Assembly: GCA_963974595.1 (NCBI GenBank)
Contig: CAXBDA010000001.1
Coordinates: 39,657-103,656 of the forward strand
Length of the DNA: 64,000 nucleotides
DNA from: an uncultured Oleiphilus sp.
GTDB taxonomy: Bacteria > Pseudomonadota > Gammaproteobacteria > Pseudomonadales > Oleiphilaceae
Direction: 5' to 3'
Numbering within the stretch: position 1 is the first letter of the stretch; every line of letters begins with the position of its first letter. Positions 48,899 through 58,600 of this stretch are shown here, in pieces. The position numbers and the translations under genes were made by a program. A model generated the notes under the pieces. That model worked only from the letters and a program-made list of their open reading frames with translations, ran no database searches and was not told the origin of the DNA.

Positions 48899-48916
48899 AC
48901 CAAGCGCTTGCTTGGT
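48899..48916. promoter_or_regulatory. inverted repeat ACCAAGC-N4-GCTTGGT, candidate AtuR operator
   Basis: A perfect 7-bp inverted repeat in the atuR-atuA divergent intergenic region, about 40 bp upstream of the atuA start. Confidence 0.4.
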
Positions 48917-48958
48917 AGACTAATTTCAGTTGTTTCACTCATGAATCAGGAAATTGGA

Positions 48959-50788
48959 ATGAACACAGCACCAGAAAACAACAAAACACATAAAAACTCA
49001 ATTCGAATTGGTTGTGCTTCAGCATTTTGGGGTGATACCGAAACGGCTGCAAAGCAGCTGGTAGATAAAGGTAAAATCGATTATTTGGTATTCGACTATT
49101 TGGCAGAAATAACCATGTCGATCATGGCGGGTCAGAAAATGAAAGACCCTAATGCCGGTTATGCCAGCGACTTTGTTAAAACGGTTATGGCTCCCCTGCT
49201 TTCTGACATAAAAAATAAAAATATAAAAGTTATTAGTAACGCTGGCGGCGTGAATCCTCAAGCATGTGTTAAGGCCTTGCAAAGCATCATCGATCAAGCA
49301 GGCATAGATTTAACAGTAGCAATGGTTGACGGTGACAATATTCTACCCAAGAAAAAGTTTTATGAAGAATCCGGCGTGACAGAAATGTTTACGGGCGAGC
49401 CTATTCCAAAAATGCTTGTCAGTATGAATGCTTACCTAGGCGCTAATGGCGTCGTTTCTGCACTAGAACGTGGTGCAGACATCATTGTTACAGGCCGGGT
49501 TGTGGATAGTGCAGTCGTATTAGGTGCACTTGTGCATGAATTTTCATGGGCTTGGGATGATTTTGATAAGTTAGCTCAAGGCGCCTTAGCAGGTCACATC
49601 ATTGAATGCGGCGCACACTGTACCGGTGGGAATTTCACCGACTGGGAATCAGTTGCCGTTGGATATGATGATATGGGCTTCCCGATTGCTGAAGTCAGTG
49701 CCGATTCTAGTTTCATCGTGACCAAGCCAGACAGTACCGGTGGCGCGGTTACCACGGCAACCGTCTCAGAGCAGTTGGTGTATGAAATTGGTAACCCGCA
49801 TGCCTATATGCTGCCGGATGTTATTTGTGATTTTGCTGAAGCGAAATTAACTCAAGTTTCAGAAAACCATGTGCGCGTGGTTGGTGCTAAGGGTTTACCA
49901 CCAACCGACACGTACAAAGTATCTTCGACATGGCCAGATGGTTTCAAATGCACTGTCACTTTTCTAATGGCAGGCATCAATGCGCCAAAAAAAGCACAAG
50001 CAGTCTCTGACGCTATCATCAAAAAAACCTCACGCATGTTAGACGAAAAAGGCTTAAAGCCTTTCACTCAAGTAGATATTGAATTACTCGGGACTGAAGC
50101 AACCTACGGAGCGCACGCTAAGCGCAGTGATACCCGCGAAGTCGTCGTTAAAATTGCCGTTGCCAGTGCCGATAAAAAATCACTGGTTTTATTCTCAAGA
50201 GAAATTGCGCAAGCTGCCACCGGTATGGCTCCAGGCATTACCGGTATCGTCGGTGGTCGACCGACTGTTTGGCCCAAGATACGCCTGTTCTCCTGTTTAG
50301 TGCCAAAAGATAGTATTGAAGTCAGTACACTTATTAATGAAGAAAAGCAGACTGTGCCACTCACCCTATTCAAGGGAGATATTCCACAAACACCACACGC
50401 CATTTCAATTAAACACACTGAAGATATGGATACACAATTAACCGTACCCTTGGTGTCTTTAGCTTGGGCCAGAAGTGGTGATAAAGGTGACCATTCCAAC
50501 ATCGGTGTCATTGCTCGTAAAGCCGACTATCTACCCTATATTCATTCAGCTTTAACAAATGAAAATGTAGCAGAGTTCATGAAGCACACTTTGTGCCCTG
50601 AAAAAGGCAAGGTAAATTCCTGGCTGCTACCGGGTATTCATGCCATTAATTTTTTACTTGAACATTCATTAGGCGGTGGGGGTGTGGCAAGTTTACGCAT
50701 CGACCCGCAAGGGAAAGCATTTGCTCAGCAACTACTTGAGTACCCTATTTCCGTTAGTCAGAAAATCTTTGACGATTTAAACAAGTAA
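48959..50788 (+). CDS. atuA: acyclic terpene utilisation protein AtuA (DUF1446 family)
   Basis: IRIGCASAFWGDT...DYLVFDYLAEITMSIM is the typical DUF1446 N-terminus. The start is taken at MNTAPE (AGGA SD), with an alternative ATG at 48941. The ORF extension back to 48803 reads through repeat copy A and is rejected. Confidence 0.8.
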   Translation: MNTAPENNKTHKNSIRIGCASAFWGDTETAAKQLVDKGKIDYLVFDYLAEITMSIMAGQKMKDPNAGYASDFVKTVMAPLLSDIKNKNIKVISNAGGVNPQACVKALQSIIDQAGIDLTVAMVDGDNILPKKKFYEESGVTEMFTGEPIPKMLVSMNAYLGANGVVSALERGADIIVTGRVVDSAVVLGALVHEFSWAWDDFDKLAQGALAGHIIECGAHCTGGNFTDWESVAVGYDDMGFPIAEVSADSSFIVTKPDSTGGAVTTATVSEQLVYEIGNPHAYMLPDVICDFAEAKLTQVSENHVRVVGAKGLPPTDTYKVSSTWPDGFKCTVTFLMAGINAPKKAQAVSDAIIKKTSRMLDEKGLKPFTQVDIELLGTEATYGAHAKRSDTREVVVKIAVASADKKSLVLFSREIAQAATGMAPGITGIVGGRPTVWPKIRLFSCLVPKDSIEVSTLINEEKQTVPLTLFKGDIPQTPHAISIKHTEDMDTQLTVPLVSLAWARSGDKGDHSNIGVIARKADYLPYIHSALTNENVAEFMKHTLCPEKGKVNSWLLPGIHAINFLLEHSLGGGGVASLRIDPQGKAFAQQLLEYPISVSQKIFDDLNK

Positions 50789-50812
50789 CGTCAGTCAGCA
50801 AAGGAATCCGTA

Positions 50813-51694
50813 ATGCCTGATAACACGAAAAGCACCTATCAATCTGTTTTCAAAGACAGATTATTTGAAAATAAAACCATTATCGTAACAGGTGGAGGCA
50901 GTGGCATTGGCCGCTGCACCGCGCATGAACTAGCAGCGCTCGGTGCGACCGTTATATTAATTGGCCGAAAACTCGAAAAACTTGAAATTGTTGCTCATGA
51001 AATAAAAGAAGATGGCGGCGAAGTTGATTTCTATGCCTGTGATATTCGAGAAGAAAGCATCGTTCAGCAGACCATCAAAGAACTTGTCAGCAAACATCCA
51101 GTTATCCACGGTCTGGTAAACAATGCCGGTGGTCAATTTCCTTCACCTTTAACAGGTATTAACCAAAAAGGCTGGGAAACGGTTGTAAGAACTAACCTGA
51201 CTGGCGGCTTCTTGATGGCCAAAGAAGTTTATCTTAAAAGCATGTCTAAGCATGGCGGCTCTATTGTCAATATTGTTGCCGACATGTGGGGTGGCATGCC
51301 TGGCATGGGGCATTCAGGTGCAGCACGAGCTGGCATGGTCAACTTCACCCAAACAGCGGCAGTTGAATGGGGTGCTTCCGGTGTTCGTGTGAATGCTGTT
51401 GCACCGGGTTGGGTGGCTTCAAGCGGTATGGACTCGTATCCAGAAAGCATGAAACCATGGATTAAAGGCTTGCAAGAAGCGGTTCCTCTAAAACGTTTAG
51501 CGACAGAAGCGGAAGTGAGTTCTGCTATCTGTTTTTTATTGAGTGACGGCGCGAATTTTATAAGTGGTGATTGTTTACGCATAGACGGTGCAGCCTCACA
51601 AGGCGGTCGTGTTATGCCGCTAGCTAAAGCCAAAAACTCTGAAAGTTATAACGGCTTCCACCGAGCAGTGACGCCTAAGATATTTCAGGAGTGA
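50813..51694 (+). CDS. atuB: short-chain dehydrogenase/reductase, AtuB-like
   Basis: 293 aa with TGGGSGIG and NNAG motifs of SDRs. In the atuB position. Confidence 0.75.
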   Translation: MPDNTKSTYQSVFKDRLFENKTIIVTGGGSGIGRCTAHELAALGATVILIGRKLEKLEIVAHEIKEDGGEVDFYACDIREESIVQQTIKELVSKHPVIHGLVNNAGGQFPSPLTGINQKGWETVVRTNLTGGFLMAKEVYLKSMSKHGGSIVNIVADMWGGMPGMGHSGAARAGMVNFTQTAAVEWGASGVRVNAVAPGWVASSGMDSYPESMKPWIKGLQEAVPLKRLATEAEVSSAICFLLSDGANFISGDCLRIDGAASQGGRVMPLAKAKNSESYNGFHRAVTPKIFQE

Positions 51695-51722
51695 ACAAAA
51701 TAGAACTTATGTAAATAATTTG

Positions 51723-51813
51723 CTCATTGAGCTCGTCGAAATGTGTCGCATGACACTGTGAGATTTGGCCCTTCGACGGAGCTCAGGGACCGCAAATTGA
51801 ACTCAGGGACCGA
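51723..51813 (+). repeat. intergenic hairpin repeat, copy B
   Basis: CTCATTGAGCTCGTCGAAATGTGTCGCATGACACTGTGAGATTTGGCCCTTCGACGGAGCTCAGGGACCGCAAATTGAACTCAGGGACCGA. GAGCTCGTCGAA pairs with TTCGACGGAGCTC. Confidence 0.8.
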
Positions 51814-51847
51814 TAATTTCGGCATAACAAAGACAAAAAGGTTGAAC

Positions 51848-53464
51848 ATGACAACACTGAATTCAAATATTGATGTCCACTCAGAAGAGTTTTTGGCCAA
51901 TGTGGCATCCATGCGAAACCATATTCAAAGTTTTCGCGATATTGAACAAAAAGTTCACGATAAAGAAAATGAAGCCAAAGAAAAATTTGTTAAGCGTGGC
52001 AAGCTTCTTCCAAGAGAACGTATTAATCGCCTGATAGATGCGGGAGCGCCTTTCCTGGAAATAAGCTCACTTGCTGGTTTTAAAATGCATGATGATAAAG
52101 ACGGTTCAATGGCCGGCGGTGGTATTATTTCAGGCATCGGTTATGTCTCTGGTATCCGTTGCATCATTATTGCCAGTAATAGCGCCATCAAAGGCGGGAC
52201 AATCTCCCCAGCGGGCTTAGACAAAACGCTTCGTCTTCAAGCTATCGCAAAAGAGAACAAACTTCCCGTTGTGACACTGGCAGAAAGTGGTGGCGCTAAC
52301 CTTAACTATGCTACCGATGTTTTTGTACTAGGCGCTAGAGGCTTTGCGAATCAAGCACGACTTTCTGCTGCGGGCATTCCTTCCGTTACCGTTGTTCATG
52401 GAAATGCCACCGCGGGTGGTGCATATCAGCCTGGTTTATCTGACTACAGCATATTAATAAAACAACAAGCTAAAATGTTCTTGGCTGGCCCACCATTATT
52501 AAAAGCAGCCACAGGCGAAGTCGCTACAGATGAAGAGCTAGGCGGTGCAGAAATGCACACACAAGTGGCCGGTACAGCCGAATTTTTAGCAGAAGATGAT
52601 TCCGACGGTATTCGCATTGCGCGCGAAATCATGGATCAAATGCCCTGGAACGAGCAGCTTCCTATGATGCGTTCATTGCAATGGGAAGAGCCACTTTACC
52701 CTGCTGAAGAATTACTCGGCCTGGTGCCTTCCGATAGCAAGCGGCCTTATGATGTGCGCGAAATTATCGCACGAATCTCTGATGGTTCTGACTTTGTCGA
52801 TTTTAAACCTGAGTTCGATAATCAAACGGTCTGTGGCTTTTTGAAAATACAAGGTCATGCTTGCGGCATTATTGGTAATAACGGGCCTATCACTCCGGCT
52901 GGAGCGGCAAAAGCAACTCAGTTTATCCAGCTCTGTGACCAAACCAATACCAGCTTACTGTTCTTTCATAACACGACTGGCTTTATGGTCGGCACACATT
53001 CTGAACAAAATGGCATCATCAAACACGGCTCTAAAATGTTGCAAGCCGTTGCCAATACCCGCGTCCCTAAACTAACTATTGTGGTAGGCGGATCTTATGG
53101 TGCAGGTAACTATGCCATGTGTGGCCGAGGCTTAGACCCTCGTTTTATCTTCGCATGGCCAAATAGCAGAACCTCTGTAATGGGCGGTGCTCAGGCCGGG
53201 AAAGTACTGCGTATTGTGACCGAAGATAAACATCTAAAAATGGGCAAAGTCGCAGATCCAAAAATGCTCGATATGATCGAACAAGCCACAGCAGAGAAAC
53301 TCGATAAAGGCTCGACCGCTTTATATGGTACGGCTCGCTTATGGGATGACGGTTTGATTGACCCAAGAGACACACGAAAAGTCTTGGCGTTTTTGTTAGA
53401 TATTTGCCGAGAAGCAACGCATCGACCACTGGTAGAAAATACCTTTGGTGTCGCTCGAATTTAA
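51848..53464 (+). CDS. atuC: geranyl-CoA carboxylase beta (carboxyltransferase) subunit, AtuC-like
   Basis: 538 aa from MTTLNSNIDVHSEEF. It has the acyl-CoA carboxyltransferase fold of the MCCase-beta/GCCase-beta family. The ORF extension to 51743 reads through repeat copy B. Confidence 0.8.
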   Translation: MTTLNSNIDVHSEEFLANVASMRNHIQSFRDIEQKVHDKENEAKEKFVKRGKLLPRERINRLIDAGAPFLEISSLAGFKMHDDKDGSMAGGGIISGIGYVSGIRCIIIASNSAIKGGTISPAGLDKTLRLQAIAKENKLPVVTLAESGGANLNYATDVFVLGARGFANQARLSAAGIPSVTVVHGNATAGGAYQPGLSDYSILIKQQAKMFLAGPPLLKAATGEVATDEELGGAEMHTQVAGTAEFLAEDDSDGIRIAREIMDQMPWNEQLPMMRSLQWEEPLYPAEELLGLVPSDSKRPYDVREIIARISDGSDFVDFKPEFDNQTVCGFLKIQGHACGIIGNNGPITPAGAAKATQFIQLCDQTNTSLLFFHNTTGFMVGTHSEQNGIIKHGSKMLQAVANTRVPKLTIVVGGSYGAGNYAMCGRGLDPRFIFAWPNSRTSVMGGAQAGKVLRIVTEDKHLKMGKVADPKMLDMIEQATAEKLDKGSTALYGTARLWDDGLIDPRDTRKVLAFLLDICREATHRPLVENTFGVARI

Positions 53465-53472
53465 TAACAACG

Positions 53473-53573
53473 CTCATTGAGCCCGTCGAAATGTACTAGA
53501 TGAAACTCTGTGTTTAATTTGGAACACCCTTCGACCCTTCGGTGAACTCAGGGCAGGAAAGCTCAGGGACCGA
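53473..53573 (+). repeat. intergenic hairpin repeat, copy C
   Basis: CTCATTGAGCCCGTCGAAATGTACTAGATGAAACTCTGTGTTTAATTTGGAACACCCTTCGACCCTTCGGTGAACTCAGGGCAGGAAAGCTCAGGGACCGA. Confidence 0.8.
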
Positions 53574-53622
53574 CAACAAAACAGATAAATATTTTCAGTT
53601 TAAAAAATAACACAGGTGATCC

Positions 53623-54780
53623 ATGATTTTTACTCAAGAACATAATGAAATTCGTCGTACTGTTAAAAACTTTGTTGAAAATGAAATCAACCCGCATGTA
53701 GATGAATGGGAAGCCGCTGGCACCTTTCCGATGAAAGAAATGTTCAAAAAATTAGGCGATTTAGGTTTATTAGGCATCAGCAAACCCACTGAATACGGCG
53801 GCATGGGCTTACCTTATAGCTATAGTATTGTGGCCGCAGAAGAATTTGGTTTATCAAAATGTGGCGGTGTTCCTTTAGCCATCGGTGTGCAAACCGATAT
53901 GTGCACACCGGCTCTAGCACGTTTTGGGTCTGACGATTTAAGAAAAGAGTTTCTGACACCTTCAATAAGCGGTGAGATGGTAGGCTGTATTGGCGTATCC
54001 GAACCTGGCGCGGGTTCTGACGTTGCAGGTTTAAAGACGACCGCAAAAAAAGATGGAGATGATTACATTATTAACGGCACTAAAATGTGGATCACCAACT
54101 CTCCTTCTGCCGACTTTATCTGTTTGCTTGCAAACACCTCAGATGACAAAGTGCATATCAATAAATCACTGATTGTTGTTCCGATGAATACACCTGGTGT
54201 AACGGTTGGCCCTAAGTTGAATAAGCTAGGCATGCGCTCTTCTGAAACGGCTCAAGTGTTTTTTGATGATGTCCGTGTTCCACAACGCTACCGTATCGGT
54301 AATGAAGGCATGGGGTTTATGATGCAAATGATGCAGTTTCAAGAAGAGCGCATGTTCGGTGCAGCCAATATTTTAAAAGGCTTAGAAAACTGCGTAAATA
54401 CCACAATTGATTATTGTCGAACGCGTGAAACATTTGGCAAGCCCTTAATTGACAACCAGGTGATTCATTTCCGTTTTGCCGAATTACAAACAGAAATTGA
54501 AGCTTTACGCTGCATGGTTTATCAAGCCGTAGAGATGTATGAGAACAAGAAAGACGTCACTAAATTGGCATCAATGGCAAAACTTAAAGCAGGTCGTTTA
54601 GGTCGTGAAGTGTCAGATAGCTGCCTCCAGTATTGGGGAGGCATGGGTTATATGTGGGAAAACGAAGTATCTCGTGCTATGCGTGATATTCGTTTAGTTT
54701 CAATTGGCGGCGGTGCAGATGAAATCATGCTAGGTATTATTTGTAAGTTAATGGGCACACTTCCCGGAAAGAAAAAATAG
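53623..54780 (+). CDS. atuD: acyl-CoA dehydrogenase, AtuD-like (citronellyl-CoA dehydrogenase position)
   Basis: 385 aa with ACAD motifs (GVSEPGAGSDVAGLKT, KMWITNS, YWGGMGYMWE). Confidence 0.8.
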   Translation: MIFTQEHNEIRRTVKNFVENEINPHVDEWEAAGTFPMKEMFKKLGDLGLLGISKPTEYGGMGLPYSYSIVAAEEFGLSKCGGVPLAIGVQTDMCTPALARFGSDDLRKEFLTPSISGEMVGCIGVSEPGAGSDVAGLKTTAKKDGDDYIINGTKMWITNSPSADFICLLANTSDDKVHINKSLIVVPMNTPGVTVGPKLNKLGMRSSETAQVFFDDVRVPQRYRIGNEGMGFMMQMMQFQEERMFGAANILKGLENCVNTTIDYCRTRETFGKPLIDNQVIHFRFAELQTEIEALRCMVYQAVEMYENKKDVTKLASMAKLKAGRLGREVSDSCLQYWGGMGYMWENEVSRAMRDIRLVSIGGGADEIMLGIICKLMGTLPGKKK

Positions 54781-54786
54781 GCAATC

Positions 54787-55599
54787 ATGATGAACTTACC
54801 AGAAACCGAAACACTGTTATTAAAACAAAAAGGCCATACTTTACACATCACCTTAAATCGCCCCAAGGTGAGAAATGCCATGAGTCTAATCATGGTGAAC
54901 GAGCTTATGGCGGTATTTGAGTCCATTTCCTCAGACTTAAGTATTCGAGCAATTGTACTTCGTGGTGCAGAAGGAAACTTCTGTGCCGGTGGTGATATAA
55001 AAGACATGGCTGGCGCACGCGCAGCTTTAAGTAAGAAAGAGGGATCGGATCCCTTTTACAAACTGAACCGTGCCTTCGGCAGAATGATTACCTACGCAAA
55101 CCAAATCCCTCAAGTATTAGTAGTCGTAACTGAAGGTGCTGTCTTGGGTGGTGGTTTTGGCTTGGCCTGTATATCTGATGTTGCACTGAGTCTAAATAGC
55201 ACAAAATTTGGCTTACCTGAAACCGGCTTAGGTATTCCTCCCGCTCAAATCGCACCCTTTGTGGTGACACGTATTGGTTTAACACAAGCCCGTCGTTTAG
55301 CTCTTTTAGGTGCGCGTTTCGATGGAGCAGAAGCGCTTCGCTTAGGTATCGTTCATGAATCACATGAAACTATCGACGCATTAGAAGAAGCCTTAGACAA
55401 GGTACTCTTGCAAGTTAAGCGTTGTGCACCTCAAGTGAATAGACTCACCAAGCAACTTATATTATCTGTTGGCAAGGAGCCACTTGAGGATCTTTTAGAT
55501 GGTGCAGCCAAGTCATTTTCAGAAGCGGTACAAGGTGCAGAAGGCCAAGAAGGTACAATGGCTTTTATACAAAAGCGCGACCCTAGCTGGTTTAAATAA
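54787..55599 (+). CDS. atuE: enoyl-CoA hydratase/isomerase family, AtuE-like
   Basis: 270 aa with the crotonase fold (FCAGGDIKD, GAVLGGGFGLACISD). Confidence 0.8.
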   Translation: MMNLPETETLLLKQKGHTLHITLNRPKVRNAMSLIMVNELMAVFESISSDLSIRAIVLRGAEGNFCAGGDIKDMAGARAALSKKEGSDPFYKLNRAFGRMITYANQIPQVLVVVTEGAVLGGGFGLACISDVALSLNSTKFGLPETGLGIPPAQIAPFVVTRIGLTQARRLALLGARFDGAEALRLGIVHESHETIDALEEALDKVLLQVKRCAPQVNRLTKQLILSVGKEPLEDLLDGAAKSFSEAVQGAEGQEGTMAFIQKRDPSWFK

Positions 55600-55645
55600 A
55601 AATTCTGTTTTAATAAAATTTAAGACACATTATTAGGATGCATTT

Positions 55646-57670
55646 ATGTTCGACAAAATATTAGTGGCCAACCGAGGCGAAATCGCCGTCCGAGTCATGC
55701 GAACAGCTAAATCATTAGGCTATAAAACTGTTGCCGTATTCAGCGAAGCAGACAGAAATGCCGCTCATGTTCTTTTTGCAGATGAAGCCGTTTTGATAGG
55801 CCCTTCTCCCGTTGCAGAATCTTATTTGAAAGCTGAGAACGTACTCGCTGCAGCGAAAGCAAGTGGCGCTCAAGCAGTTCACCCAGGTTATGGTTTTCTA
55901 TCTGAAAACTGTGACTTTGCCAACGCCTGTGAAAAACAAGGTATCGAATTTATCGGGCCGCCATCAGATGCCATTGAATTAATGGGCAGCAAACGCCTTT
56001 CAAAAATAGCCATGATCAAAGCCGGTGTTCCCTGCATCCTAGGTTATGAAGGCGCAAGTCAAGACTTAGAAACTTTAGTCGCAGAAGCACATAAAATCGG
56101 CTTCCCCATTATGGTCAAAGCCTCTGCTGGTGGCGGTGGCCGAGGCATGCGTTTGGTTTTTGAAGCGAGTGAATTAGAAGCACAAATTAAAACCGCCCGC
56201 TCAGAAGCAGAAAATGCCTTTGGTAGTGGTGAGCTTATTCTTGAAAAAGCCGTCATCAAACCTCGCCATATTGAAATACAAATTTTTGCAGACAAACATG
56301 GCAATGTGGTTTATTTAGGTGAACGCGACTGTTCTATTCAGCGTCGTCACCAAAAAGTGGTGGAAGAAGCGCCCTCACCTTTTGTTGATCAAGCCTTAAG
56401 AGAAAAAATGGGCGAGGCAGCTGTTCAAGCCGCTAAAGCCTGCAATTATGTGGGCGCAGGTACGGTCGAATTTTTGGTCGATTCCGCAAAAAAATTCTAC
56501 TTCTTGGAAATGAATACCCGTTTACAAGTTGAGCACCCGGTAACCGAATTAGTAACGGGCACTGACTTAGTGGCTTGGCAGATTAAAACAGCTGCAGGTG
56601 AGACGCTTCCTCTTACACAAGACCAAATTCAAATAAACGGTCACGCCATGGAAGTGCGTTTATACGCAGAAGATCCGGCTAATAATTTCTTGCCCCAAAC
56701 AGGGTCGATTCACCGCTGGTCTCCTGCCATCGGTGATGGTGTCAGAATTGATTCGGGCCTAATTTCGGGTGACAAGCAGAACCAAGCAGTATCGCCTTTC
56801 TATGACCCCATGCTTGCTAAAATCATTGCCTACGGTGCCAACCGTGAAGAAGCAAGAAGACGTTTAAGACAAGCGGTAGAAGAAAGCACGATCTTCGGCG
56901 TTAATGTAAATAGTGAATTTCTTGGTGAGGTACTTGGTCACGAATGTTTTATTGAAGGTGAAGCGACTACTGCATTTATCGCTGAAGACTTTGGCGACAG
57001 CCCGACCTTAGCTGAACAGCCAACCACTTTACTTGAAAAAGCACTGGCCTGTGTTGTTAGTTATCTGAAGTTTGGAAAAGACAAAACGACGAATAACACG
57101 CAATCTATTAACTTAGGCTTATCAGGTTGGAGTAATACCGGCCACTCTCCTTGGCCCTACAAATTAAAGTTCAATGATTCGCAATGGAATTTGAGCCTAA
57201 AAGAAAGCAAAAGCCTTCAAAATGAATTGAATTTTGAGGTATTGGAAAATAATGAATCCGAGTATTTACAGGATGTTAGTATTTCCAATAATCAAATCCG
57301 CTTTAGTCATACTGGTGTCTACCGCCGTTGTGAATTCCAAATTATTGATAAAACGATCTATCTTAAATATGCGACTGCCTATAGCCAATTTGAAGACGTC
57401 ACACATTTATCTGTTACTGCGAAAGAAACTACGGGAAGCGGTCAAATCTCGGCAAGTATGGATGGCGCCATTATCGAAGTTTTTGTTTCGCCCGGAGATA
57501 AAGTTACAAAAGGCCAAACCCTGGTTATTTTGGAAGCCATGAAAATGGAGCACCCTTTAAAGTCTGACGTAGATGGTGTGATTGAATCCGTTACAGTCAA
57601 AAAAGGCGATCAGGTGAAATTAAGGCAACTGCTAGTTAGCGTAAAATCTGCTGAGGATATCAAGGACTAA
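55646..57670 (+). CDS. atuF: geranyl-CoA carboxylase alpha subunit (biotin carboxylase + BCCP), AtuF-like
   Basis: 674 aa with a biotin carboxylase N-terminus (KILVANRGEIAVRVMRT, GGGGRGMR) and the C-terminal biotinylation motif EAMKME. Confidence 0.85.
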   Translation: MFDKILVANRGEIAVRVMRTAKSLGYKTVAVFSEADRNAAHVLFADEAVLIGPSPVAESYLKAENVLAAAKASGAQAVHPGYGFLSENCDFANACEKQGIEFIGPPSDAIELMGSKRLSKIAMIKAGVPCILGYEGASQDLETLVAEAHKIGFPIMVKASAGGGGRGMRLVFEASELEAQIKTARSEAENAFGSGELILEKAVIKPRHIEIQIFADKHGNVVYLGERDCSIQRRHQKVVEEAPSPFVDQALREKMGEAAVQAAKACNYVGAGTVEFLVDSAKKFYFLEMNTRLQVEHPVTELVTGTDLVAWQIKTAAGETLPLTQDQIQINGHAMEVRLYAEDPANNFLPQTGSIHRWSPAIGDGVRIDSGLISGDKQNQAVSPFYDPMLAKIIAYGANREEARRRLRQAVEESTIFGVNVNSEFLGEVLGHECFIEGEATTAFIAEDFGDSPTLAEQPTTLLEKALACVVSYLKFGKDKTTNNTQSINLGLSGWSNTGHSPWPYKLKFNDSQWNLSLKESKSLQNELNFEVLENNESEYLQDVSISNNQIRFSHTGVYRRCEFQIIDKTIYLKYATAYSQFEDVTHLSVTAKETTGSGQISASMDGAIIEVFVSPGDKVTKGQTLVILEAMKMEHPLKSDVDGVIESVTVKKGDQVKLRQLLVSVKSAEDIKD

Positions 57671-57671
57671 T

Positions 57672-58496
57672 ATGTTAAAAAACAAAACCATTATTATCAC
57701 AGGTTCGAGTCGAGGAATTGGCCGAGAGATGGCGTTGAAATTTGCGTCTAATGGCGCGAACATCGTCATAGCTGCGAAGTCAGTCGAGCCACACCCAAAA
57801 CTTCCTGGCACGATACATTCAGTAGCTGAAGAAGTGAATCAAGCAGGTGGCCAAGGTTTAGCCGTTCAAGTCGATGTGCGTGACGATGACAGTATTAAAA
57901 ACTTAATCGAAAAAACCGTTGAGCGTTTTGGTGGCATAGATGCCGTTATCAACAATGCAGGGGCCATTAAACTAGCAGGCGCAGCGTCCTTACCGATGAA
58001 ACGCTTTGATTTAATGTATCAAATCAATACCCGTGCTGTTTTAGCATGCAGCCAAGCGGCTTTGCCTTGGCTTAAGAAATCAGGTAATGCACACATCCTA
58101 AACTTGTCTCCTCCTATTAATTTAGACCCGAAATGGTTTATGCATTACGGCCCGTATACCACCACTAAATATGGCATGTCGATGCTAACCATAGCTTTAG
58201 CAGAGGAGTTTAAACGTTACGGTATTGCCGTAAACTCTTTATGGCCGCAAACTGTTATATCGACGGCAGCTGTTGAATTTGAAGGCGGTGGTAAAGCCAC
58301 AATGTCTAAAGGAAGAATACCTGCCATTATGGCAGACGCTGCTTTTGAGGTTATTACCAGCCAAAATCAGGAAATGACAGGTCGGCATTTAATTGATGAA
58401 ACTATTTTAAAAGAAAAAGGTGTTAACGATTTCGAAAAATATCGTTATGATGTATCGTCTAATAAGCCATTAATGACAGACTTATTTATTGAATAG
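57672..58496 (+). CDS. atuG: short-chain dehydrogenase/reductase, AtuG-like
   Basis: 274 aa with TGSSRGIG, NNAG and YxxxK (YTTTK). Confidence 0.75.
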   Translation: MLKNKTIIITGSSRGIGREMALKFASNGANIVIAAKSVEPHPKLPGTIHSVAEEVNQAGGQGLAVQVDVRDDDSIKNLIEKTVERFGGIDAVINNAGAIKLAGAASLPMKRFDLMYQINTRAVLACSQAALPWLKKSGNAHILNLSPPINLDPKWFMHYGPYTTTKYGMSMLTIALAEEFKRYGIAVNSLWPQTVISTAAVEFEGGGKATMSKGRIPAIMADAAFEVITSQNQEMTGRHLIDETILKEKGVNDFEKYRYDVSSNKPLMTDLFIE

Positions 58497-58600
58497 TTTT
58501 TGTGTCGATACTTAACTCTTCATTAATCAGGCGGCCGGAATTAAAATAAAAATGCGTCGCCTGACAGGCACATCACTCCATTTCCAATAAAGATAAAAAT

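Noticed and set aside
48803-48958. N-terminal extension of atuA (ORF listed from 48803)
   Set aside because: The extension translates through repeat copy A and the putative operator. DUF1446 similarity only starts after the Met codons at 48941/48959.
51743-51847. N-terminal extension of atuC, and the antisense ORF 51724..51912
   Set aside because: Both are created by repeat copy B. The carboxyltransferase similarity begins at MTTLNS (51848), which has its own SD.
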